DNA of 64,000 bases from Eledone cirrhosa (GCA_964016885.1 OZ024743.1:37820001-37884000); one strand, 5' to 3'. Counted from the stretch's first letter, positions 1 to 12,571 are shown. The notes: generated from the letters alone by a model not told the origin. Translations and numbers: made by a program.

Positions 1-254
1 TCCGTCTAGTGAAAGGCACGTTCTGGAGTATGGTCCGCTAAATTTTTGTGGCACTAACTCTATACCGAACTCGACCTTTGGACTGGGTGTTCTAATTACT
101 ACGATTAAAACCTCCCGGTTTCTTTTTCATCAACATGTACATCTGTGTTTATATATATATATATATATATAGTATAAAAGAGAAAACACAGGTAAGCATT
201 AAGAGAAGGATTCTTAACCACGAACTGGATCACAAAAAGAAATGTTCTGCTTCC

Positions 255-303
<49 letters not shown>

Positions 304-501
304 TATATATCAGAACGCTGTCGAAACGGCTGAAGCTCAGCCATCAGGGACCTGAATATATATATATATATATATGTAAAAGTTATATTTAAATTGTTGG
401 GATACAACAAGCAAATGTTTTTTATTACTGATATAAAGCACTCAACAAATAATTGGAGTAAAAATACGATATTAACAAATGGAAATTATATTTATAAAAC
501 C

Positions 502-577
502 ATATTTATTTGATTACACACATTTCAAGGACACCAAGTTAAATTATGGTGTGCTTTCATCAGATAAAATATAATAT
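502..577 (-). ncRNA. Hammerhead ribozyme (family A), opposite-strand copy in the left arm
   Basis: Reverse complement of the 670-745 motif with 2-3 substitutions; CTGATGA and GAAA are intact. Confidence 0.7.
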
Positions 578-669
578 AGAGCAGTTTTATAAATAAATAT
601 TGACATAGTCAAAGAATGCAACCATTACTGTTGGAAGATCCCGTCAATATTTATTTATAAAACTGCTCT

Positions 670-745
670 ATATTATATTTTATCTGATGAAAGCACACCA
701 TAATTTAACTTGGTGTCCTTGAAATATGTGTAATGAAATAAATAT
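670..745 (+). ncRNA. Minimal type I hammerhead ribozyme (family A)
   Basis: CTGATGA (684-690), stem II AAGCACACCA/TGGTGTCCTT, GAAA (721-724), short stem III with GUA triplet (730-732). Downstream ATGAAATAAATAT pairs with upstream ATATTATATTTTAT (stem I). Confidence 0.8.
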
Positions 746-798
746 GGTTTTATAAATATAATTTCCATTTGTTAATATCGTATATATGTATATATATA

Positions 799-880
<82 letters not shown>

Positions 881-1184
881 TATATTTGTGTGTGTGTGTG
901 CATGTACATATCTATCTATCTTCTCCAATATATACACTCACACAACGTACAATCATATACACATATATCGATTTCTGGCATGTTTATCAATTTACCATGA
1001 GGCTGCAAAACAGATATAACTTTGGAATACCAATACATTTATTGTTTGTTTTCGATATGCTTTAGAGGAGTTAGTAACACATTTTAAAAATATATTTAGA
1101 CTATTAGGTTTTCAGTGTACTTTTAAAATGATTCATCAATCATACAATTAGCGTCATATGTCAATGATTTTAACTATTTAATGA

Positions 1185-1360
1185 TTGTTTCTACTTATGG
1201 CACAAGGCCAGCAATTAAATCAGTGTATAACTGGTACTTCATTTTAGAGGATGAATGGCAACGTTAACTAGGGTGGGATTTGAACTCAGATGGTAAAGGG
1301 ACGTAGCTATGCTGCAAAGCATGTCGTCCGACCTTCTACCGATACTGCAAATCCACCACC
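1185..1360 (-). mobile_element. tRNA-derived SINE, diverged copy
   Basis: Matches the family at 46601-46789, with B-box GAGTTCAAATCCC and the shared 3' tail (plus strand TTTCTACTTATGGCACAAGGCCAGCAATT). Confidence 0.75.
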
Positions 1361-3538
1361 ATTCTTTAATTATTTAATAATAGACTTAAGTAGTGGTCCA
1401 CTTACAATCAAAATATCTTAAGTTGCATAATACAAATCTGATAAAGCCTGAGTAATATAGCAATATAATGATCAAACATAATAAACTGAATAAAACAATA
1501 GTTTTTGTAAAGATCTTACCAAATCTGAATACTAAAAATATGTTAACTAGTTTAAGCTACTACAAGGCCGGTTTAACAAAATAATATTTGCACACGTTAT
1601 TTATATAAACACTTGGTGACTAAAAAAGTGGACTGGCGATTCTGTCAAATTATATTTATATATTTGTAGCCTAGTAATACATTATTGGAATAACATTCTT
1701 AAGAGTAATCATATCTTCGTATCAACATAAACTATAGGCTTTCATTCATACAAACCATTAACATATTGTCATTGTTTGCTCTCTTCCGAAACCTCTTTGG
1801 GGTCTCGGGACATTTAATTTTGTGCGTCCATCCCACTCCTCCCCGGACAAGTCGCAAACACATCGACAGTTTTTGCTGAATGAAATGGAGTCTGCATAGT
1901 ATTGTTCGAAAAAATATCCTTCTACGTAACGTCTGACACATTTCTTGTATGGCTCTTTTTCCTCTCGGCATATTTCAGTTTTGCTGGTCTTATTCGCGTT
2001 AGCCACTAATCTGGTATTTCCATTAATATATCAAATTGCTCAGGTTGTATGATTCTTCATATAGCAGGGAATTCTGTTATATATGGCATCAATTTGGGAC
2101 TGCTAAAATACATCGTTATATTGTGGTTATTGTTGACGGCACGGGTGTATTAGTTAAACAAACATGTTTGTTAATATAATCTCGAATATGCATCTTAATT
2201 ATAGCCATTCAGAGACATTTCCTTAATTGTCATCATACAATTGGAATGGCGTTATCTCTGAAAAAATGAATATCTTAGTATATGAATATTTTAAATCTTA
2301 ACCGCGAAAGAATTAATGTTTCTTTTCTGACTTCGCGTTCGACTACCTGTTATTATACATTATTAAGCAGGAAGTATAAAGAAAAAAAGATGAAATTGAA
2401 AGTATAAAGAAAAAAAGATGAAATTGAAAATGCAACTGGAGTCTTATTTTAAAAAATATATATATATTTATTTGGTTCCTTTACCGGTTTCGTAGTTCTT
2501 CTGCTTTTCAAAAGTAGAGTTGAGATGGAGGGTCTGTGGTTTTTCTCACATCTGGTTGGTCTCTGAATGTTACTTGTTTTATATGGAAAAGTGGCTCGAA
2601 ATGCCAGGTTTTTCGAGAAGTAATTTGATTGGTTGGTCAATAATTATAATAAATTTCGCGCCAGTTCGCGTTACAAAGTTCTTCAAACAAAGGGGGGGGG
2701 GGGTGTCACAGGTTGTTTTTTTCATATATGAGTGTTTGAATTTCTTTTTAACTTAAAAAAAGGGGGCTCACGAAGGCTTTATTTCAATAAACGTAATTTG
2801 ATTGGTTATAATTGAAATTATGGTTGTCACGTGAACAAGTTTTCATTAAATTTTCGCGCCCTTATTTGGAAATCCATTCTGTAGCCTTTTTAGAGAATTT
2901 TATGACAAGTAAAAGATAATGGTCAAGAGAAATGGGATGGGAGAAGTGTTCTGGTTCAGTGAATATGGTTAGTTCGCTATGGTGTCAGAATTCAGATTTT
3001 CTATTGAAGTAAAGAAAGTAAAGATGTGTATGTTTATTTGTGTGCTTGTGTGTGTGTGTGTGTGTATTTGAAAATGATTCTATTAGTAGAAATGGGGGCG
3101 GGAGTTGTGTGTGTGTGTGTGTATGTGGGTGTTATGTGTGTGTGTGTGGGAGTATGTTAAGATGGAGAGAATATATATTTTGTGTGTAGGAAAGTGATTC
3201 TATTAGTAGAAATGGGGAAGGGAGTTGTGTGTGTGGGTGTGGGGGTTGTTATGTGTGTGTATGGGTGTTATGTGTGTGGGAGTATGGTTAGCATGTTAAG
3301 ATGAAGAGAATATATATATATATATATATTGTGTGTGTGTGTATGTAGGAAAATGATTCATTTGGTAGGAATATTTTTGAATGAACATATTTTCCTTATT
3401 TATTCGTATTTGTCCTGTTGTATTGTCAGTGCAAACGTATGTTAAGGTTTATTTAGTTCGGGTTTTTATTTTCTAAAGTAGAAGGTGTTATATGTGTGTA
3501 TGTGTCTGTTTGGATGGTTAGCATGTTATGGTGTTGAC

Positions 3539-3615
<77 letters not shown>

Positions 3616-3618
<3 letters not shown>

Positions 3619-3958
3619 GTAATCTGAGTTTTTCGAACATTATTAATAACATTTGATTCGTTTGCAATTATGCAAACAAGCCTCAATTGTATAGCCATGT
3701 CAGTAGAATGAACCTTTCATTCGTGCTCTTGTGTTGGCATATGTACAGAACTGCAGACACTAATGCTTCTGGGTATCAACCTTCATCAGTACAGCTCCCT
3801 GTTCACCTGCCAAACTCTTAGAGCTAGTGAAAATATATGCTATTTTGAAAAATACACAGTGACTGATCGGCCTGATTTGCATATTAGCAGACTGGCTGAT
3901 CAGTAATTGCAAACGAATCGAATGTTATTATTAATATTCGAAGAACTCAGATTACATT
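3616..3958. repeat. Inverted repeat next to (TA)n, arms 3616-3670 and 3904-3958; the loop holds a degenerate hammerhead-like motif
   Basis: ~55-bp arms. The minus-strand loop reads GTA-CTGATGA...GAAAGGTTCATTC-TAC. Confidence 0.7.
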
Positions 3959-4296
3959 TATTGTATTCAGGCATGTAGAGCGAACATTTTCTTTTTTTTT
4001 TAACTTGGCAAGGCCGGCCATTTATCGCTCGTATACAGGAAATTGACTGGCCAGTCTGCTGATATGCAAATCTGGCTGATCAGTGGATCTACTAATATGC
4101 ACATCTGACTGATCAGCTACTCTGCTAATATGCAAATCATGCTTTTAACATCTCAGGCCGTATTCCATTCTAACTAGCGGCCTTGTTACATTTGAGCGCT
4201 TTAATTGCTATTGTGACCTCAACCTCAGATCAGTCATCGCTATCAGATGTGTCTCGTGTACATCAGAAAAGGCTATTGTGGGAGTTAAGAAAGATT

Positions 4297-4600
4297 GTTG
4301 AGGAAAAGCCGACTGTATCCAGCCAGAAGCATCTAGCTTCCTCCACTAGTTCATGCTTCTTTCCCGTAAGGGTTGTGATGTTCCAGATTCTAGTTGTCAA
4401 GCTTTTCTCCCTTTAGGTTCCTGTTTGGGTTCTGGAGATACGTAAACTTTCTACACTCATCCCACACCTCCCAGAATAAGTCGCAGGCCTACCATTCTGA
4501 AATGGAGAGGGCAATTTATTTTTCGAACAGGCACCGCTACATATGGACTCAACACCTTCCTTTTAACCCACGCAAAGGTCCAAGCGGTATCATTCTTTCT
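4297..4600 (-). pseudogene. Relic 5' fragment of an RTE-clade LINE (APE endonuclease N-terminus)
   Basis: Minus strand translates to WNITTLTGKKHELVEEARCFWLDTVGFSST, matching the APE motif I pattern WNVxxLxGKxxELVxE...LDIVGLSST. Confidence 0.6.
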
Positions 4601-5019
4601 TCCCACAATATTGCAGTCTCGGTGGTATTATTCGCGCCAGTCACCAATTTGGTACTTTGTCAAATACAGATGGATTAGTAGTTTCCTCATTTCCCAAAAT
4701 AATAAGTGGCATTACTTCGGCGGTATGAACTGTGTAAATGTGCAAGGATAAGATAATATTTGTTAGCTTGTTAAACGGCAGTACTTTGAGGAAGAAATAA
4801 ATGAATGTCATTAAGTAAAATGAATTACTTTTGGCATTTAATTAAATTTGAAGACATATCATGATAATCAATGATTAAAATCAAAGAGTGTCGTAAACGA
4901 ATTATCTTAATAGCATTTTTACATGTCCGTTTGTATGAGCATGCATATATACTTACATACTTGCACACACATTCATACACACACACACACACTCTCATAT
5001 ATATATGTATGTGTGTGTG

Positions 5020-5083
<64 letters not shown>

Positions 5084-5211
5084 TATATATATATATGTGT
5101 GTGTGCAACTATATATATATATATATTTATTAAAATAACAGATTAAAGTTTAAGCAAAGAATCGCTGCTTTCACCCTTAACGGGATCTTATTATTACTAT
5201 TATTATTATTA

Positions 5212-5245
<34 letters not shown>

Positions 5246-5333
5246 ATATATATATAAATAAACCTGCACATACATACTGGTAAATATGTGTATATAATAT
5301 GTATAATATATGTGTCTGTGTCTGTGTATGTGC

Positions 5334-5404
<71 letters not shown>

Positions 5405-7223
5405 TGTATGTTTGATAGTTTTGTGTGCGTGTGTATGTTAATGTGCCAAAATGTGTTTATATATGTTGGTGTTATTGCGTGTGCGTGAGAAATTTTGTCA
5501 CACCACCTAACATAGATGCCTGATATATTTTTAAATTAATCTTGTTAAACTTAAATTTGCTCTTCCTCAATTTACAAAAAAATGTTAAAAGTGTAAATGT
5601 TGTCACCTTCCATATAAGATATCGTGCAATGTTTGTCGTGTTTCGTTTCTTTTTCCAAGAAAAGCGATGGTGAACCCCACTATTTAATGACGATGTATTT
5701 TTCTAAATATCTCTTTATCTAGTATTCTCACATTTGTTTTACATATGTTTCTTTTAGTTATATTTATGTATGTCATCACTGAAACCTGAATGTTCATACG
5801 GAATCAACATCACCACATTACTTACCAATACTGATCTACCACATGTGCTGGTTTTCTTAAAGTTTGTCACGATCTAAACGCAGGTGTTAGGACATATTTA
5901 TCACCAATACACAATTTCACATATGCTTTTTTTTTTGCTACTTAAGGTTTCTCATGATGCGAACTTAGGAAAGACGAAATAAGATCTGTAAACTGAGTGA
6001 GCTTCTGTTATTGAAATGCGTGACCTAATGGATCAGTTGTTGAACCTATTCAATCATTAGGTTGTGGGTTATACACTTGTACCATGGCACCGCCTTGTGT
6101 TTGTCATTTCATTTTATCTTGTTGACCTTGGTAGGACTGAAAACCCAAACTCAAAAACAACCATCAAACCCAGATGAAATAAAACCTCATAGAAAACCAG
6201 CTAAACCTGCATAGATGGGAAGTGTCAATGTTTTTCTCGCTTCCATTATATAGTTACTCGATCACCAGCTAGAAGTACCAGAAAAATGTTCTACGAATCA
6301 TCATCATATCATATTAAATCATAGATGGAGATATTGAGTGATGTAGTCATACCTGATGGTCACTACTGGAAAGTCTTTCATTTTAGATCAGTTTGATTAG
6401 GCCTGACTTAAGAACAACCACACTAACATAAACAGCAACTAGGAAGCTTCTATGTAGTTGCTTCACAAGCCGCTAGAAATAACAGCTAAATGTAAGCTGA
6501 ATCCGAGTCTTAACATTTACAACAAGGAAGCCATTTAGTCAATCGTAACTAAATACAAATAAATTAATAAATAAACTCACTTTGCTAATTCCTTTGACTT
6601 AGATACGCCGAAATTAAAATTTCTCTCGTAGTCTTTTTCGATTTGAATTAAATGTAGCTAAGTAGAATGTTAATTTTACAGACATACTATAAATGTTTAT
6701 GATAATGTAGAATTCTTTCTTAAATGCGTGTGCGCGTTACTAGCAAGCTGAATATCTTCAGGTCAACAGATTTAATTGCCCACTTCCCTCGAGGAATCAT
6801 TTGTTCCATTCTGCGAGTAATAAATCAAACACAGACCCCGTCGTTGATGCAAAGATAGATATACCTATCCACAGTCCTAGATAAAGATAATTTAATACAT
6901 TTATGAAGATAAAGCAGAACTAAAACAGCAGAATAACACTGACCACTCCGTTTTTGTATGTGCAGACTAACTGCTCATATATGGATTCTGCCACCCTCTC
7001 AACTCCTGACGATGTCAGCTATATTCCTGCCGCCCGAACACCGGTGATTCCGTCCGGAACTAGCTGTTTAAACGGCATTTTTTTCATATTGACCACTCAA
7101 CTACCCCAAGTATCAAGTAGTCTGCTGAGTCTAACAGGTTTTCACCGCTTCCATTCTGATATATATATAATATATATATATATAGAATAAGAAAATGCAA
7201 AGTAATTTAGGATGTTAAAGTCC

Positions 7224-7276
<53 letters not shown>

Positions 7277-7305
7277 GCACAAATACAACACGACTTTTAC
7301 ATTAG

Positions 7306-7344
<39 letters not shown>

Positions 7345-9125
7345 ATATGTGTCTGTGTGTGTGTATGTGCATGCATGGGTGTGTGTTATGTTTCCGCATT
7401 TATGCCCTGGGAGATAGTGGTTCAGTAGAGCGGAGCCTGTTACAACAGTTATCACATTTGCAAGTATAACTAACGAGGTCAACATGGCCGATATAGCTAC
7501 AAACTCGTAACTATTATTTTGATTAATTGTATATTATATTTCTTTCTTTCTTATTCCCTCTCCGCACCGCTATTTCTCTCACATACACATAATCAGTAAT
7601 TTTTATTGTACATTTATTTCGTCTGTTTGTAACATACTTTCTTGAGATAACTCCGAAATGTAATCCTTTCTTGATATTATCATCAGCCTTAAAGAAATAA
7701 TAAATAGAAAGATAATAAATAAAATGGGAATTATTTCAGGATAGAGATAGAGGAAATATGTCACATCTATTTTAAATTCTTTACTTATAGATTGCAAATG
7801 TTGACTAGTGATATAAGTGGTCTTCCGCTATCATATTGTAGATTAGCCTTGCTATCTGGTCATGTTTATACTCCGTATCATATGATTTCTGCGAGTCTCT
7901 AATATTAACGTAGGCTTAAAATTTTAAGGCATTCTATATGGTATTGTTTTGATAACAATTCATTACAATTATATAAAAGTTTGATTTGTAAATTGTAATA
8001 TAAATGGTTGACAAGATTGATTATAAATAAATGATGTCACACACTGTTGATGTAGAGGTGTAGTTTATAATGCTCGTAGTTGCATATGGGATATGTAAAT
8101 TACTTCTTATCAACCATCGAGAGGATATTAGATTACAACAAATTTTATTGAATATGGTCCATGAAGAAATGTTTAAATGTTGGGATATGTAATATATCTA
8201 ATGTATCAGGGCAATTCTATATTAGGAGCTAATCATATTTTGTACTCTTAGAGAAATCATTTAATCATTGAAGGTAAAATACCGTGGACATTCCAGTAGT
8301 ATTAGTGCTGTCTGACTCCATTGGAGAAAGCTATACGGTTGGCAGTTATTGAATTCCGGACAATCTTCTCCGCAAAAAATGAAGCAAATATCATGTGAAC
8401 AACAAGTTATCCCGTCCTAGTTGATGTTGGCGAGTAAGTATAGTGGCCGACATAATATCCAGAAATATGCAGCACTTATCAGTTAGTGTAGACTGGCGGC
8501 AGCGATGTGTGAAATGTAAGAGACAATACGGAAGATGAGACAAAATTGACATGGATCAAACAAATGTGTAATCGTTAAATTACGCCGGAGATGACTACAA
8601 CAAGATTAAAGCTAATAAAAGCGCATATATTGTGATAAAATCACAGAGACATAAAAAAATGCAGTAAGGGCTGCCTTATTAATAAATAAAAGCAGACTAG
8701 TTATGTAATCCAGATTACACAAAGAAAAATCGCTCGAGAAAAGAAGATAGCAAGGAAATGACCCGATAGAGATGTTACCTCTGGAAGAAACAGTTTGAAA
8801 AGACCGTGACATGAGATGAGATTGAAATAAGGGTAGAGAATCAAGATAACAGGAAGTGTAGAAGAGGAACATTTTGGAAGGCCAGACCGATAGAATTGGC
8901 ACAGTTGAAATCACTAAATGAAGGTTTTATAGTACTTTTTGAAACATTAGTTAATATTAAATGAATTAAGTGAACGACAAAACGGTATGTCGAGGGAACA
9001 AACAGAAAAATTTGACCTTCAGCAGTCTGTACTGGGAGGACTTTCAGCAGTACACACACATGCACACACTCACACACAAGCACACACGCGTACAAACGCA
9101 TACTCTCACACACACACACTCACAC

Positions 9126-9160
<35 letters not shown>

Positions 9161-9290
9161 GATAAATCTACCAAAAATTTACAGTAGTGTCCAATCCGTA
9201 TGAAGAACTCAATGTAATCCGGATATAATGAAAAGAGAAGATGCATTCAAAAACTATTTTCGGTGAAAATTAACGGAAAACAGAGTCAAG

Positions 9291-10088
9291 ATAAATTAAT
9301 AAAGTAATGAATAAACAAAGAAACAGTTCCTTATATTTAAAAAATTGATCATTTTACGATCGTTTCTAGGATATATATGCGTTAGTGTCGGTATGCATAT
9401 TCTATAGATCTATGTAAAATATTTATACAAACTATCAGAGGGAATATACATACCTACACATATATATGCTGTCTTCAGAAATAATGCTATTTGTTTATTG
9501 AAGAGAACACAGATTTAATACAATAGGTCTGTTTGGGAACAGGTTTTGAATTGACCAATAGAAAGATATTGAAGGTGAAGATAGTAATATAGTAGTAAAA
9601 GAACCTTAATTTATGGGTAGAGGATGGTAGATTACAGTTTTGGATGGAAAAGAATATTATGAATGAAAGATTCTTTTAGGGATGAAACTAGGTCGTATGC
9701 TGACCTCAGAAATAATTATATTTGTTCATTGAATAAAACCAACAAAGATTTAATATAGTCTGTCTGTTTGGTAACAGGTTTAGAATTAACCAATAGAAAG
9801 TTAATAATTGGCCAAATGGTAAAATAGTAGTAATTGAAGTTTATTTTAGGGGTAGAAGAATGTAGAATGGAGTGTGAAGAATGAGAAAGTTATTTTAGGG
9901 GTGAAGACAGCATATATATGTGTAGGTGTGTATATTCCCTATGATAGTTTGTATAAATATTTTACATAGATCTATAGAATATGCATACCAACACTAACAC
10001 ATATATATCCTAGAAACGTTCGTAAAATGATGAATTTTTTTAATATAAGGAACTGTTTCTTTGTTTGTTCATTACTTTATTAATTTAT
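9291..10088. mobile_element. Fold-back element, arms 9291-9477 and 9902-10088, with an internal diverged ~230-bp tandem duplication; probable Penelope-type pLTR derivative (family B)
   Basis: ~186-bp inverted arms. The loop contains two similar units (~9465-9680 and ~9695-9900), and the arm carries a hammerhead motif. Confidence 0.75.
9348..9485 (-). ncRNA. Type I hammerhead-like ribozyme with ~105-nt extended stem II (family B)
   Basis: ATTATTT-CTGAAGA-[ATATATATGTGT..GGTATGTATATTC..GAATATGCATACC..ACGCATATATAT]-GAAA-CGATCG-TA-AAATGAT. Stem III is palindromic and stem I is 7 bp; the base of stem II has mismatches. Confidence 0.65.
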
Positions 10089-10124
10089 ATATATATGTAT
10101 ATATTTATTAAAATAACAGATTAA

Positions 10125-10175
10125 AGTTTAAGCAAAGAATCGCTACTTTCACCCTTAACGGGATCTTCTGAAACT
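10125..10175 (-). ncRNA. Compact type I hammerhead-like motif with one core substitution (family C); truncated second copy at 5125-5189
   Basis: AGTTT-CAGAAGA-TCCCGTTAAGGGT-GAAA-GTAG..TTGC-TT-AAACT. The same ~65-bp terminus follows (TA)n at both 5125 and 10103. Confidence 0.5.
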
Positions 10176-10439
10176 AAAAAAGTCAATCTGTGAACGCAGA
10201 AGTAAATATTTCAAAAAAACGTTGCAACCGGAAGAAGACAGGAAGACGATACTTTGGTTCGTGGAAACGTTCCCTGGCAAAGAACGGGGAAAACGAAGAT
10301 AATACGTCATTATTTGGAACGGTGAAAAACAATTACACGCAAAGACAAAACCATATTCGCTCTACGGTTCTTATATATTTGATATATATTTATCCTTATC
10401 AAGCCCTCTTTGGAATTTAGTCCTCAAATTTATTATTAT

Positions 10440-10496
<57 letters not shown>

Positions 10497-10519
10497 AGAG
10501 TATTGAAGTTTGCTTGAAG

Positions 10520-10984
10520 CATTGCGGTTCCCAACCCTTTCTCTGCCGAGGAAGCTTTTATTTAAATTAATAACAAACGTCAACGCGAAAAATCGATGAC
10601 AAAACAATATACACATTACTACTGTAAATCTTAAGAGATTTCATTTAGAAAATTTTCTAAACGTTTCAGCAAACAGTCCTACATCGGAAGATAGAAACGA
10701 AAAGCAGACGATGTTTTATGGGAGAGACAAAACTTATTCAATTGATACTCATGTATCTTTAGAAAAAGGAAGTCATATATATATATATATATATATATAT
10801 GATATATTTTCTTTTGGTGGTTTTGGAAGGCTTAGCAATGCAGATGGATAATTCTCTGTGTAACAAGATCTCTTAAGATTTACAGTAGTAATGTTTACAT
10901 TGTTATGCCATCGACTTTTCGCGTTGACGTTTGTTATTAATTTAAATAAAAGCTTCCTTGGTAGAGAAAGGTTTGGAACCACTG
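10520..10984. mobile_element. hAT (Charlie-like) MITE with ~113-bp inverted arms and an internal (TA)n
   Basis: Arms 10526-10638 and 10868-10980. The right end reads CAGTGGTTCCAAACC on the minus strand, the typical hAT/Charlie terminus. An 8-bp TSD is not recognisable. Confidence 0.6.
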
Positions 10985-11205
10985 ACCTAAACGGATAAAT
11001 GAAAGAGAAATACTGTAATAATGTACAATAGGTTGCTTGTAGCTATAGAACCTTCCACCTCATAAAACCGCTAGTATTGTGCTTTAAGGGATTATTCCAT
11101 TTATTTAGATATTTTGAGAAATAACATAAACGATTCGCAAGATTGTGAAAAATGATGGAAATATTTGCTATAGCGACGAAACAATTATTATAATTAAGAG
11201 TAAAT

Positions 11206-11302
<97 letters not shown>

Positions 11303-12053
11303 GAGAGACAGAGAGATAGAGGAAGATATAAAAAGTGAGAGAAGGGAGAGACAGAAAGAAAATGATGACGAAAGGAAGAAAGATATTAGTATAATTCACT
11401 GTATTATATTATAAATGCTGTATGGCATTTCGGAAGTTGTTAGTAGCTATAAGTAACTTTAATTGAACTTCTTGTATGTGTGTAACACAGCTTTGCATTA
11501 CAGATATTTCATTTATTTAACAAATAGCATTTAGAATTATCCACTGTGAAATTCGATAGGAAAATTAATTTAATCGTAACCGAATAGATTTGTACATCAG
11601 TTTAATGTAATTTGAAAGAGAAGTGAGCGATAACTGTACTGACTTTCTTTCTCAATAAATCTGTTCATCGGTTTTCTATTAATTCCCAATAGCGCCATGG
11701 AAGGAATTCAAATAAATTTACTTTGCATTTTAGAGATGCAATCGATTTACGGATTAAGCTGTAGAAGCACGGAGTGTAAGTATCTCGTCGTCAGTATTTC
11801 AGACTATGAGACAAATCGTATAACTTTGTTCTACGTTACATAGAAGACATATAACATAAAATAAAATGAAATAAAACAAACAATCAAAAATAGAAGGTTT
11901 ATATGATTAAATTATAAACAAAATGTGTGAGGAGTACATATATACACACATTTGTATACATAGATTCATATAGATAGATATGTGTACATATATTCACATG
12001 CGCATACACACACACACACAAACACACACATATATATATATATATACATATAT

Positions 12054-12171
<118 letters not shown>

Positions 12172-12201
12172 TTGTGTGTGTGTGTTTATGTGTGTGTGTG
12201 C

Positions 12202-12257
<56 letters not shown>

Positions 12258-12523
12258 TATATATCAGTACGTGAATGTGTGGAAAGAACGAGTTGCAATA
12301 AATAAGACATTGTTTTACCGTTTTCTGAAACGTACAAATCATTTTCATAATGGGGCTTAAGAAAAGAGGTGTGAGATACGTATAAGATGACTGCCAGAAC
12401 ATATCTGATGTTGATCTATATGGTATCATATTTATGGCCTTGGTTTCGGAAGCATTAAAATATTAGATGTTTCATGCTTCCAATATATTGTAATATATAA
12501 GTGGCTTTCCGCACGCAAACCTT

Positions 12524-12524
<1 letters not shown>

Positions 12525-12558
<34 letters not shown>

Positions 12559-12571
12559 TATATATATATAC

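Larger units (their letters stand above)
376..782. mobile_element. Non-coding fold-back derivative of a Penelope-like element terminal repeat (pLTR); arms ~465-604 and ~643-782, embedded in (TA)n
   Basis: ~140-bp near-perfect inverted repeat. The sequence is homologous to the termini of the Penelope-like element at 13255-18236 and to 22146-22710. Confidence 0.85.

Noticed and set aside
465-782. Fold-backs as assembly or amplification chimeras
   Set aside because: Arms in every fold-back differ by several substitutions or indels, and breakpoints relate to element structure. An artefact is unlikely but only raw reads can exclude it.
7900-8960. Possible very old LINE RT 3' remnant (..RNILEGQ..)
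   Set aside because: Too degraded to assign reliably by eye.
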